Shown here piece after piece: positions 22,703 to 31,440 of a stretch of 64,000 nt of DNA. The stretch's first letter is position 1. Each line of letters opens with the position of its first letter. Under the pieces are notes generated by a model that did not search any database, was not told the DNA's origin, and saw nothing but the letters and a program-made list of their open reading frames with translations. The translations under genes were made by a program, and so were the position numbers. Source of the stretch: a bacterium (lineage in GTDB: Bacteria; Patescibacteriota; Saccharimonadia; UBA4664); NCBI GenBank assembly GCA_016699105.1, contig CP064960.1:1074715-1138714 (forward strand), given 5' to 3'.

Positions 22703-23092
22703 ATGCCACGGCCGCTGAAAAACTTTGTGATTCGTTATATTATAAACAATAATAAAAAGGTCAAAATTATGCTGGTTTGGCGTGGCTGGGGAATCCTAGC
22801 AATTCTTATTCCGTTTGGCTGCATAGTCATATTAGAACTGATGGTTGGCAAACCGACCTATCAAAGTAGTCCCTGGTACCCGACGAGTGGGCTCATGGTG
22901 GGGGCGGTCATTGTGTATCTGGTTGGTAGCTGGTTCGACAAACGCTCAATCAGCCGTTCCCGCGAAGTTATTGATACCAAGACCGGCGAAAAGTTTACCT
23001 TATCGCATCGGAATCAATTCTTTTTCATCGATATGAAATGGTGGTCGATTATTGTGGCTGTGTTTGCCATTATATTCTTCATTAGTAATTGA
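22703..23092 (+). CDS. Small membrane protein
   Basis: 129 aa with 3 hydrophobic segments. Confidence 0.4.
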   Translation: MPRPLKNFVIRYIINNNKKVKIMLVWRGWGILAILIPFGCIVILELMVGKPTYQSSPWYPTSGLMVGAVIVYLVGSWFDKRSISRSREVIDTKTGEKFTLSHRNQFFFIDMKWWSIIVAVFAIIFFISN

Positions 23093-23380
23093 TCATATTG
23101 ATCGAGAATTAGCTACTCCCCAAGGTCAACTCAACGCAGCTACCAGTATGAGTACGAAGACCGCTGCCAACAGTACGGCAACTCCCAGCATGATGAATTT
23201 GCGCTGTTTTACGCAGATCGAAATGAGCGGGAAGAACATTGCAATAACGAAGAAGCTTGTGCTTGCCCAGTAAGTGATGTAGAACTTGGATTCGAACAGA
23301 GCGATACCTGACTCTGTTGAGCAGTATATAACCGGAATTTGCTATGTGTTGGGGGGATAGGTGATTTTTCAGGCCGCAAG

Positions 23381-23902
23381 CTATATGTGGCAGGTTATTT
23401 GGTTTACCCGGAGGTTCCTGAGTCGAATACTTACATCAATGATATTGTCTTGGTTGTTGCCAGTGTAGAGCTGTCGGATTTGTATATTGGCGGTGGTGGC
23501 GTCACTTGAGGATATAGCATAGCGCAGCGGTTGGTCACTGCCACCCTGGGTGCAAAGTACAGGGTCAAAAGCCTTCTGGCTGAAGAGCGTGCCGATATAG
23601 TCATCGGCCAGATATGGCTTCGCCACTGCCTCGCTCGAATTCTTAGAGTAGGCTGTATAGAATTCTTGTACCTTCGTTAGTGCTTGAGCGGCAGTGTATG
23701 ACATGGATGGAGTTGCCGTCGGGGTTGGGGTCAGTGCAGCATTCACGGCAGAAGCGATGGGCGTTGCCGTGCTGGTAGGAGTGGGACGGACGGACAGACG
23801 GGCACGGGTAGTATAAGCAAGTACACCGGCGCCGATTGCTATTGCAACGAGTACGATGATGATAATGAGGCCAAAGCCGCGTTCTTGATGTGATGTAGAC
23901 AT
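23381..23902 (-). CDS. Secreted/membrane-anchored hypothetical protein
   Basis: An N-terminal TM segment FGLIIIIVLVAIAIGAGVLAY is present. It is the last gene of the ECF sigma operon. Confidence 0.4.
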   Translation of the reverse strand: MSTSHQERGFGLIIIIVLVAIAIGAGVLAYTTRARLSVRPTPTSTATPIASAVNAALTPTPTATPSMSYTAAQALTKVQEFYTAYSKNSSEAVAKPYLADDYIGTLFSQKAFDPVLCTQGGSDQPLRYAISSSDATTANIQIRQLYTGNNQDNIIDVSIRLRNLRVNQITCHI

Positions 23903-23932
23903 GAAACTCTCCTTTTATTTAATTTGGGACGG

Positions 23933-24586
23933 TTAATATTTATAGGGAATCTGGCCGAGCTCCCAAGGAGCAGACAGAGCCAATTGTAGGGAACGAATCT
24001 GAGACCGAAAAGTTAATATATCGCCTTTGGCGCTGAGGGTCTGGGCCTCAGCTCTGGTAGCCGGAACATCCGGATCAACACCGTAGACAGTGCGGACATC
24101 GAGCGCATCAGTCTTCTGCCAGAATTCCACGCGCAGATGGTCACTTATTCCTATTTTGAGGTTTTTGTCGACCGCCTGACCTGAACCCGAGTATATACCC
24201 GACTCATTCAACACACTAATCCAGTTACTAATCACGAAGGTCCACAATTGTCCAGAACTGGTCCGGACCTGGACTTCCCTGTCGTCGAGCTTGATGATGC
24301 TGCCATATACCTCACGAATGATCGCGCCAGCAGGGATGTCGTTCTCAGGTGGCAGGTATGAGCCGAAGTCATAGATCGCCGGGAGTACAGGACAGAAATC
24401 ATCGATGTTATTAAAGCACAGGCCGTCAGGGCGGCGCAAAGCATGGCCCACGCTCACTTGGGTTGCCGCTTGCACGTCGGGCAGCGTATAGGTGGGCTTG
24501 GCAATATATGCGGCTGTTATACCATTCGTGCTCGGTGCCACCAAAATGAAGTCACCCGGTCGGAGTTCCAGTCGCGGCACCGGCAT
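23933..24586 (-). CDS. Hypothetical protein
   Basis: 217-aa ORF, co-oriented within the sigma/anti-sigma operon. Confidence 0.4.
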   Translation of the reverse strand: MPVPRLELRPGDFILVAPSTNGITAAYIAKPTYTLPDVQAATQVSVGHALRRPDGLCFNNIDDFCPVLPAIYDFGSYLPPENDIPAGAIIREVYGSIIKLDDREVQVRTSSGQLWTFVISNWISVLNESGIYSGSGQAVDKNLKIGISDHLRVEFWQKTDALDVRTVYGVDPDVPATRAEAQTLSAKGDILTFRSQIRSLQLALSAPWELGQIPYKY

Positions 24587-24672
24587 CAGGCCGATATATT
24601 GAACGGTGGCTGCGTCAATGACGAGTTCGTTGGGAGAGATTGGATCGCCGCTACCCAGATACCATTCAAATT

Positions 24673-25356
24673 TTATGCTAGTATTTGTGTAACTAACGAC
24701 CCGACAGGCGCAGGAGTTTGGCCTCCGTCAGCGCCGCGCTGTACAGGCAGGGTGTTTGTTATTTTGTTTAAGTTTGTCATCTCTGCCTGTGCCCGAATTT
24801 GAGTATCGGTGAGCCCAGCTGGAAATTCAAAGGTTTGGCCTTCAATAACGGTTTCTTGCTTGCCGATACTATTGATTATCCGCTCGAGCTGCATAAAGGC
24901 CGGGCCTGGTTCGGGACTAGAGGTAACAGCGGCGTAAGCTCCGGCCGATACACTAAGGCTGCCGATCACTAGAGCGCCGGCCAAAGTCGCAGGTCGCACC
25001 ACCCTAGCCCTCCGAGTCAGCCATGTTTGTCCAACCGCCAGCGCGATCACGCTTGCAAAAGCTGCGACGGCCATCCAGGGCACAGTTTCGCCGAGGGCTT
25101 GTATAAATATTGGCAGGTGCTGGCGTACAGTGGCCCATTGCTGCCAGCCAAGCTGCACCACGCGCACGCTTGAACTACGGGTCAGTGCTATAATGAGCGT
25201 AATTAAGGCTACTATCACCAGGAACCACAGAGCTCGCCGGATCATCCGCGCCCGGCGCTTGGCGGTAGTAATCTGGGAGAGCACGGGCTGCACCAGTGAC
25301 CGGCGAGGTACAAGCTGCGGCTCGAGGCGATCCAAAATGTTAGTTAATGATTCCAT
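24673..25356 (-). CDS. Putative membrane anti-sigma factor
   Basis: It overlaps the ECF sigma gene end and has a single TM segment ALWFLVIVALITLIIAL after a short cytoplasmic N-terminus. Confidence 0.4.
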   Translation of the reverse strand: MESLTNILDRLEPQLVPRRSLVQPVLSQITTAKRRARMIRRALWFLVIVALITLIIALTRSSSVRVVQLGWQQWATVRQHLPIFIQALGETVPWMAVAAFASVIALAVGQTWLTRRARVVRPATLAGALVIGSLSVSAGAYAAVTSSPEPGPAFMQLERIINSIGKQETVIEGQTFEFPAGLTDTQIRAQAEMTNLNKITNTLPVQRGADGGQTPAPVGSLVTQILA

Positions 25357-25876
25357 GACACGTCTCTTTCAATTGCTGCCGGGCTCTATACAGCCATGAC
25401 TTTACGGTTGATTCAGGTATGCCCATTACGGCGGCAATGGCTACATACGGTTGGTGATCCCAATAATGCAAGTGGATAACACTGCGATAGTGCTCCGGCA
25501 GCTGATCCACCGCCCAGCGTACCTGTGCCTCGCGCGCTTCTCGATCGAGGGTCTGCGTATGATCGTTGTCGGCTTGCAGCTCGAGCTGGCCGTCCAGAGG
25601 TAGTGGAGTAGCCAGCCGGATGTGGTTAAGAGCTAGATTGCGGGCAATCCGGTACAACCAGGTGGAGAACCGAAACGAAGGGTCGTAGTTCGACAACTGA
25701 TTGTAAGCTCGAATGAAGGCCTCTTGGGCGATGTCTTCGGCTTGGTCAGCGTCGTGCGTGATGGTAAAACAAAAGCGAATCAAACCCCACTGATGTTGCT
25801 CAATCAGTATGCCATAGGCGGCATCATCACCGCTTAATACGAGCTGGATGGTGGTTTGTTCGTCCATTGGTTTCAT
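25340..25876 (-). CDS. ECF-type sigma-70 family RNA polymerase sigma factor
   Basis: A region-2 block FIRAYNQLSNYDPSFRFSTWLYRIARN and a region-4 block VIHLHYWDHQPYVAIAAVMGIPESTVKSWLYRARQQL are present. Confidence 0.8.
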   Translation of the reverse strand: MKPMDEQTTIQLVLSGDDAAYGILIEQHQWGLIRFCFTITHDADQAEDIAQEAFIRAYNQLSNYDPSFRFSTWLYRIARNLALNHIRLATPLPLDGQLELQADNDHTQTLDREAREAQVRWAVDQLPEHYRSVIHLHYWDHQPYVAIAAVMGIPESTVKSWLYRARQQLKETCHGIIN

Positions 25877-25919
25877 AAGTTATACCCATGATAGGGAAGA
25901 AAGTTGCACAACAGATCAA

Positions 25920-25956
25920 CTTTGCCGTTGGTAGTCAATGAATACCAACGGCAAAG
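25920..25956. promoter_or_regulatory. Perfect 14-bp inverted repeat with 9-bp spacer
   Basis: The sequence is ctttgccgttggta-gtcaatgaa-taccaacggcaaag. It lies between the decayed toxin copy and the ECF sigma gene start, and no T-tract follows it. Confidence 0.35.
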
Positions 25957-25989
25957 TTGCGCCAATGCGAAGTTAAGTGGCACCATATT

Positions 25990-26290
25990 TTGGACAGTTT
26001 GATAATGATGCATAATAAGCTGGTTAATATACCTGGTTATGAGAACCAATTTCGAGAAACTCGTAATGCTTATTTGTCTCGCGATACACCACCCGCAGAT
26101 CGCCGCCTCTTGAGAACGCACGAAGACCCTTTATCGTTCCGACTAGAGGGCGGTCATCCAGCGGTTAATCGCGCACGCCATCAATAAAAATTGGAGGCGA
26201 AGTGCAAACTGGTCTTTCAGCTTGGGATTGGGTGAAATGCGACTATGAAAATTCTTAACGAATTTCTTGTGTCGAATGATAGGCTTCGGG
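25990..26290 (-). pseudogene. Decayed RelE/YafQ-family toxin gene copy
   Basis: The DNA is about 70% similar to 40536..40802. Translation gives IIRHKKFVKNFHSRISPNPKL...GGDLRVVYRETNKHYEFLEIGSHNQVY with a lost start, a frameshift and an internal stop (gattaaccg versus gattacccg). An att-like motif copy follows at 25957..25996. Confidence 0.5.
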
Positions 26291-26397
26291 GCTTAGCACG
26301 ACGGACTTGCCGTGAGAATCAAGCGTATGAGCAGCCGGATCCATGCAACAGATCATTCCTGGTGCCGAGAGAGATGTGAGGTTCGGTGAGTCTCTAT

Positions 26398-27368
26398 TTA
26401 ACGCATTAAACGCCTATCGGATATATGTTTATTTATCAAAATTTTCAGCACTAAGCTCTTTTTCTTTATCCAATCAAAGTCTTTATCAACACCGATGTAC
26501 GCGACATCAACAGCACCGCCTACACCAGGCAAATCACCCGGATCCATTTGGATACCATCCGAGAAACGCTGTATTGAAGTAGTGGTCTCGATGGCGAGTC
26601 GACTAAAGTCGATGGCATCCTGCACTGTCATGGCACCCCATTGGATCACATACTCCAACCCACTTAACTGAGCCTTTATTTGAGATTCGAAACCTCTTGT
26701 GCCGCCTTTTGTACAAAAGGCAGTGCCGAAATACGACCATCAACCCCAAGCACTATTCGAGAGACGACATCTGTTTGTCCAATCCAATCAGCTCCGTACT
26801 CCTTACCCTTTGTACTACTATCACGCATAAGTTCAATGGAGCCTGGCATACTAACATTGCATACCATGTGAGTACCGTCGTTATTGAAGCCAGCCACCAA
26901 GAAATATAGACCTTGAATGCCTGTAACCCCTGACTGTATCTCTCCGTTTGGATGCTTAAACTTAAAAACAACCTGCGCATTTACAATTTTGTGCTCAATA
27001 AGCTCCATACCGTTCTTTTTGAGGTTGGCCTCTATTTGCTGAGGTAATTGATGTAAGAGTTTCTTGTACTTAAACGTCTCCCCAAGAAACTCAACTAACT
27101 TTGTTGCTATTTGTTGAACGTTGAGCTTCTTTAGCTCATGTACCCGCTTAAATTCTTCAATGAATCTGCTAACAATCTTGGGTGTCCCGTTGTCATCCAG
27201 GAAAGCCAAGCCAGCCATTACAACGCCCACACGGTCAGTTAAGTTAAATACTTTCTGCGCTGAGTCAGAGCCAACCCTACCCATGCCTTTACGGTTAACA
27301 TACGATTGCCGACTATCGGCTGCCAGCACAATGCCGCCAGTGGTTGTAACCGCGATTCCTAAGCTCAT
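26398..27368 (-). CDS. Proteasome beta-type (Ntn-hydrolase, HslV/Anbu-like) protein, one frameshift near 26675
   Basis: The N-terminus GIAVTTTGGIVLAADSRQSY fits the Thr-nucleophile pattern T-x-x-GVVLAADTR. ORF 26398..26658 encodes DAIDFSRLAIETT...PGDLPGVGGAVDVAYIGVDKD, the typical C-terminal helix/strand. The second frame stays open upstream across the stop of the first ORF. Confidence 0.55.
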
Positions 27369-27973
27369 CTTAATCTCCTTATTAATATGATCATCAAGAC
27401 ACTGAACAAGATTGCAGCTACGACGCCACGCCCGAATATTACGACGATGGCGACGCTACAGACCGATAAGAAGACCAAGGGGTGGGTTGAGATTCCGCTT
27501 TCAGTGGATAATCTCGATGCTGTTCCCGAGTGCCCAAGTTCCGAAACTGCATTTTGTAGCAACCGGATAATGTCATCGGCGCCCGAGCCGGAGCGTGTAC
27601 CATTTGGTTGCCTTGGGTCGATCCAGGTCGCATAACCCGGGTCGGACCAAGTTGCTTGGGCGCTGGTTGGCGGAACAACTGTAGATGTGGCAAATTTGTT
27701 TGGCCACCGACCAACATCGCGCGGTGCCATTAATAGTCCAAGCTCAGTCAATGCTTTTGTCGTCAACTTAGTACAGCGAGAGATCTTTAAGCTGGGTTCA
27801 AGATAACCATTGGCCACAAGTGAGCGGAGCATGTCTATTACCGAGCGGTTCGAAGCTAGACTCTGGCCAGACACGATCATCGATAATGTTGGGCTTTCAC
27901 CATACCTTTGACGGAATTCGTGAAGAAACAGTAGTAAGCTGGCCTGCTTTTCCGGTAGTCTCGATCTGTTCAT
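27365..27973 (-). CDS. Membrane-anchored LexA-like winged-helix DNA-binding regulator
   Basis: KQASLLLFLHEFRQRYGESPTLSMIVSGQSLASNRSVIDMLRSLVANGYLE resembles the LexA N-terminal DNA-binding domain. A C-terminal TM segment is present. Translation probably starts at MNRSR, because the ORF's 5' extension runs into the repeat array. A 4-bp overlap with the downstream Ntn-hydrolase gene suggests an operon. Confidence 0.45.
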   Translation of the reverse strand: MNRSRLPEKQASLLLFLHEFRQRYGESPTLSMIVSGQSLASNRSVIDMLRSLVANGYLEPSLKISRCTKLTTKALTELGLLMAPRDVGRWPNKFATSTVVPPTSAQATWSDPGYATWIDPRQPNGTRSGSGADDIIRLLQNAVSELGHSGTASRLSTESGISTHPLVFLSVCSVAIVVIFGRGVVAAILFSVLMIILIRRLR

Positions 27974-28024
27974 ATTCTGAGTATAACATATCAGTCCACA
28001 CCAATTGGTGTGAATTATTATTTT

Positions 28025-28460
28025 GGTGCGCGAGAGAGGAGTGTGTCTCGGCAAAGCCTCGCCACGCTTCGCCGGATTACCGGCTCGCCCGAACTAGCTT
28101 TTCTATTGTGCCGGTTCGACCCGTTCGTTACATACCAAAGCAAAACTCCCCTGGCGGGGAGATTTGCTTTGGTGCGCGAGAGGAGTGTGTCTCGGCAAAG
28201 CCTCGCCACGCTTCGCCGGATTACCGGCTCGCCCGAACTAGCTTTTCTATTGTGCCGGTTCGACCCGTTCGTTACATACCAAAGCAAAACTCCCTGGCGG
28301 GGGAGGTTTGCTTTGGTGCGCGAGAGAAGAGTGTGTCTCGGCAAAGCCTCGCCACGCTTCGCCGGATTACCGGCTCGCCCGAACCAGCTTTTCTATTGTG
28401 TCGGTTCGACCCGTTCGTTACATACCAAAGCAAAACTCCCCTGGCGGGGAGGTTTGCTTT
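28025..28460. repeat. Tandem array of 3 units of ~145 bp, each a degenerate partial tRNA-Leu copy plus a terminator-like hairpin
   Basis: The units are 28025..28170, 28171..28314 and 28315..28460. Each begins (plus strand) with ggtgcgcgagagaggag, the reverse complement of the tRNA-Leu 3' acceptor/T-stem. Each contains the hairpin aaagcaaaactcccctggcggggagatttgcttt and a ggtat.cacg-like D-loop remnant. The units are more than 95% identical to each other. Confidence 0.8.
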
Positions 28461-28462
28461 AG

Positions 28463-28544
28463 TGCGCGAGAGAGGAGTCGAACCTCCACGCCTTGCGGCA
28501 CCTGCCCCTCAGACAGGCGTGTATACCATTTCACCACTCGCGCG
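28463..28544 (-). tRNA. tRNA-Leu (anticodon GAG), CCA not encoded
   Basis: The reverse complement folds as GCGCGAG-TG-GTGAAATGGTATACAC-G-CCTGT-CTGAGGG-GCAGG-TGCCGCAAGGCGT (long variable arm)-GGAGG-TTCGACT-CCTCT-CTCGCGC-A. Confidence 0.85.
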
Positions 28545-28600
28545 AATATGTAATTTTACCGGGTTATCGTACCATATGGACGCTTAAATTTAAACGGTCT

Positions 28601-28945
28601 TTATGATATGACCCAGGCAATGTAGAGGCAGCAGACACCCAGGAATAAGATGAGTGGCCACAAAAAGGCGACGTTAATGACATAATAGAGGTTACTGGGA
28701 GCGGTGAGGGCACCGGCTAGCCCTCGACGTTTGTGATAGGCTTTGAGGTACTCTTCCCAGATCTGCTTGCGATTTATTAGTACCAAGCACGAAGCTAATA
28801 CCGCAGTGGTGCCAAGTCCGGCTAGACCGAGTATGGGCTTGATTTGGACTACCACAGTAAACACGGTTAAAAGGAGGAGAAACAATGCGGGAGCAAACTG
28901 CGGTTCGGGCGATTTGTGATGAAGGAAGAGGCGTGATAAGACCAT
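28601..28945 (-). CDS. Small membrane protein
   Basis: 114 aa with 3 hydrophobic helices. Confidence 0.4.
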   Translation of the reverse strand: MVLSRLFLHHKSPEPQFAPALFLLLLTVFTVVVQIKPILGLAGLGTTAVLASCLVLINRKQIWEEYLKAYHKRRGLAGALTAPSNLYYVINVAFLWPLILFLGVCCLYIAWVIS

Positions 28946-28966
28946 GAGAATACCTTTCTTGTTTTA

Positions 28967-30588
28967 TTAGTGCAATGTTAGTTGATGATGATGGTGTCCG
29001 AATTGATAGTTGGAAAGTAAGAGTTTTTTTAACGATTCGAGAGTTGCGTGTGTTTTGTGGTCAGGGCTAAAAACGGTATATGGATCACAAATATCTTTTA
29101 CTTTGCCCATCAGATCAGCAAGCTCGTCACCATATATATCGGCTATTGCCCATCCATGCACCAATCCATCGCCCGCCGTACCACTAGGAGTACCGCCGAG
29201 TTTGGCGATTAGTTTAGTGTATTCCCGCATAAGAATAAGTAGCTTGTCGGTATCTTTCTTTTGGATAAATTTAAACGCGGTAAAAATTCAAATTGCCATC
29301 GCCAACATGACCCCAGATAGCTGCGGTTAGGTCGTGGCTACCCAATAGATGAGTGGTTTTAGTAAGCAATTCAGATAATTTTGCGGATGGAACCACTGCG
29401 CCTTCCATGAATGATATTGCCTGATTCGAACCCGGCGGTTCCAAATATTGAGCGGCGGCTGAGCGCAATTTCCACAGAGCTACCTGCTCCAGCGGATCAC
29501 GAGCAGTGCGAATCGTTGCGCCGTAGCGTTTGAGTATATTCTCGGCTCTCGTGGAGGCTACTCGTTGACCAAGCTGAGACATATTATCAAATTGGACCAG
29601 TAATGCCGTAGTAGGTTCATCGTTTGGCAATAATCCATCGAGAAATCCAGGATGACTTATAGAAACGGCTTCGAGAAGTCCCCTGTCAGCTAATTCGAGT
29701 GCAGACGGCTTGAGTTTCACAACACGACTGGCGGCCTCTAGCGCTTGTGCCGTTGCCGAGAAGTAACCGACTACTAATGTTGTACGTGGATTATACACAT
29801 ATGTGCTGAGAGTAATTTCTGTGATTATTCCGAGCGCACCTCCTGAACCGATAAAGAGCTGACCTAGATCAAACATATTACCGCGACGTACCCTTTTCAA
29901 GAGCGAAGCCCAAATTGTTGTAAGGCAATTTCGGAGTGGCGGCTCTGATCAACTCTTCATGATCGAGAAGTATATTGTCGATATCTCGATAGATTTGACC
30001 TTCAAGCGTGGTTAATCCTTTGCGGGCGCGTAGCTGTCGTGCTGTCAGTGGTTTGGTTTCGATAAGTGAGCCATCCGACAGTACTACTTTGAGTCCGCGT
30101 ACGTACTGACGGATCGATCCGTATTTAACTGCATGCAATCCTGGCGATTCTTCGGCAACGGCACCACCGATAGTGGTACCGTCAAGATTGAGCGGCAAGC
30201 ATGGAATGTGCCGTCCGTGAGACATGAGCGTTTGCTCAAGTGTCCGAAATGTGACACCTGACTGAACGGTGACTGTGCGTTTATCGAGTTTCAATATTTT
30301 GTTCATGTGAGCAGGTAGTACTATTTGGATTGCCGATGCAACTGCACCGCCACTTAGACCCATTCCGAGACCGCGAGCTATCACTGGAGTTGGATTAGTA
30401 GAAGAGATATGATCTGCCGCAAACTGAACCGTTTTACGAACATCAGCCGTATTTGCCGGGTACACGATTGCCATTGGTTCGGCAGTAACGATACTGTTAT
30501 CAGTAGCTAATTGGCGCAAAGCACCTGGCTGGTCGGTAGCCGCTCCGAGGAGGCGGGCTTGAAGCTCTCGCATGTAAGGCTTTCTCAT
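28967..30588 (-). pseudogene. FAD-linked oxidase (GlcD / D-lactate dehydrogenase-like), split into 3 ORFs
   Basis: 29878..30762 carries the FAD_binding_4-like domain (GLGMGLSGGAV...). 29271..29900 and 28967..29230 carry the C-terminal oxidase domain in two further frames. Confidence 0.65.
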
Positions 30589-30642
30589 ACTTCTATGATA
30601 CGGCGCGGCGCGGCGCCAATACAAGCCGCTTGTGCTACGATA

Positions 30643-31281
30643 ATGACTATGAATCAGCAGACAACATCCGCACTGGCAAATGCCCGGCAGAACGTAGAAG
30701 CTGATGCTTGCGATCAACGAGTAATGCCAGCATTTCGGACACGCTTGTTTGAGCCGCAACATTCAGTAGTTGGCGCTGTTCTCCTTTTGCCAGGTTACAC
30801 TTCACCGACGGATCAATTCGCTGATCTTGCTCAGATACTGGCGGATCGTGGCTACTATGCGTACATCCCACGTGCGCCGCGTCATGGAGTAGTTGACGGA
30901 CCACTAAGAATTGCGCCAACAGCCCCAGAGCTACAAGCGTATGCACGATCGGGTGCTGATATTGTTATGCGGCTATGTCCAGGTTCGAGTGGTGCGATTG
31001 GACTTAGTGGTGGAGCGGTTCTAGCTGCTTGGCTAACGGCTCAATCAGATATACAATTGAATCGACTTCTCCTTTTGAATCCATTTCTGGAACCGGCTCG
31101 TCGCCTCGTGCCGAAGTGGCGACTACATTTACTGCTTGCAATCTATGGTACACAGCGATGGCTGCCGGATAGACCCGATCCAACGCATGAGGCACGCACA
31201 TTTGCCGGACTCGCCAGCTACTTATTGCTTGCTCGATCGATCCCCGACAACTCTTACCTATACATATTGACGCCGCATTAA
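30643..31281 (+). CDS. Alpha/beta-hydrolase fold protein
   Basis: VLLLPGYTSP is followed by GLSGGAVLAAWL, a GxSxG-like nucleophile elbow. It is divergent from the oxidase gene. Confidence 0.5.
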   Translation: MTMNQQTTSALANARQNVEADACDQRVMPAFRTRLFEPQHSVVGAVLLLPGYTSPTDQFADLAQILADRGYYAYIPRAPRHGVVDGPLRIAPTAPELQAYARSGADIVMRLCPGSSGAIGLSGGAVLAAWLTAQSDIQLNRLLLLNPFLEPARRLVPKWRLHLLLAIYGTQRWLPDRPDPTHEARTFAGLASYLLLARSIPDNSYLYILTPH

Positions 31282-31440
31282 TAACTGCGCCTGGAGACGA
31301 TCAAGTTGATCTAGCTGTAGCGGCTCAGCGGTTTCAACAGTGGTTTCCTTCGGGTAGACACTATCAACTTCCTAGAGCTTGGAATCTTACTCATGATATC
31401 GCGGGGCGTTCAAGCCTAGAACCTTGGGCCGATACTGTCT

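Noticed and set aside
28025-28460. Possible CRISPR array (regular ~145-bp periodicity)
   Set aside because: The units are whole near-identical repeats with no unique spacers. The repeat is far longer than CRISPR repeats and no cas genes are nearby. It is a tandem tRNA-derived repeat, not CRISPR.
27820-28587. ORFs 27820..28587(+), 28010..28462(+), 28018..28344(-) and 28308..28553(+) with internally repeated peptide sequence
   Set aside because: They are translations of the tandem tRNA-derived repeat array and the tRNA-Leu gene itself. The repetitive AREECVSAKPRHASPDYRLARTSFSIV... peptides simply mirror the DNA repeats.
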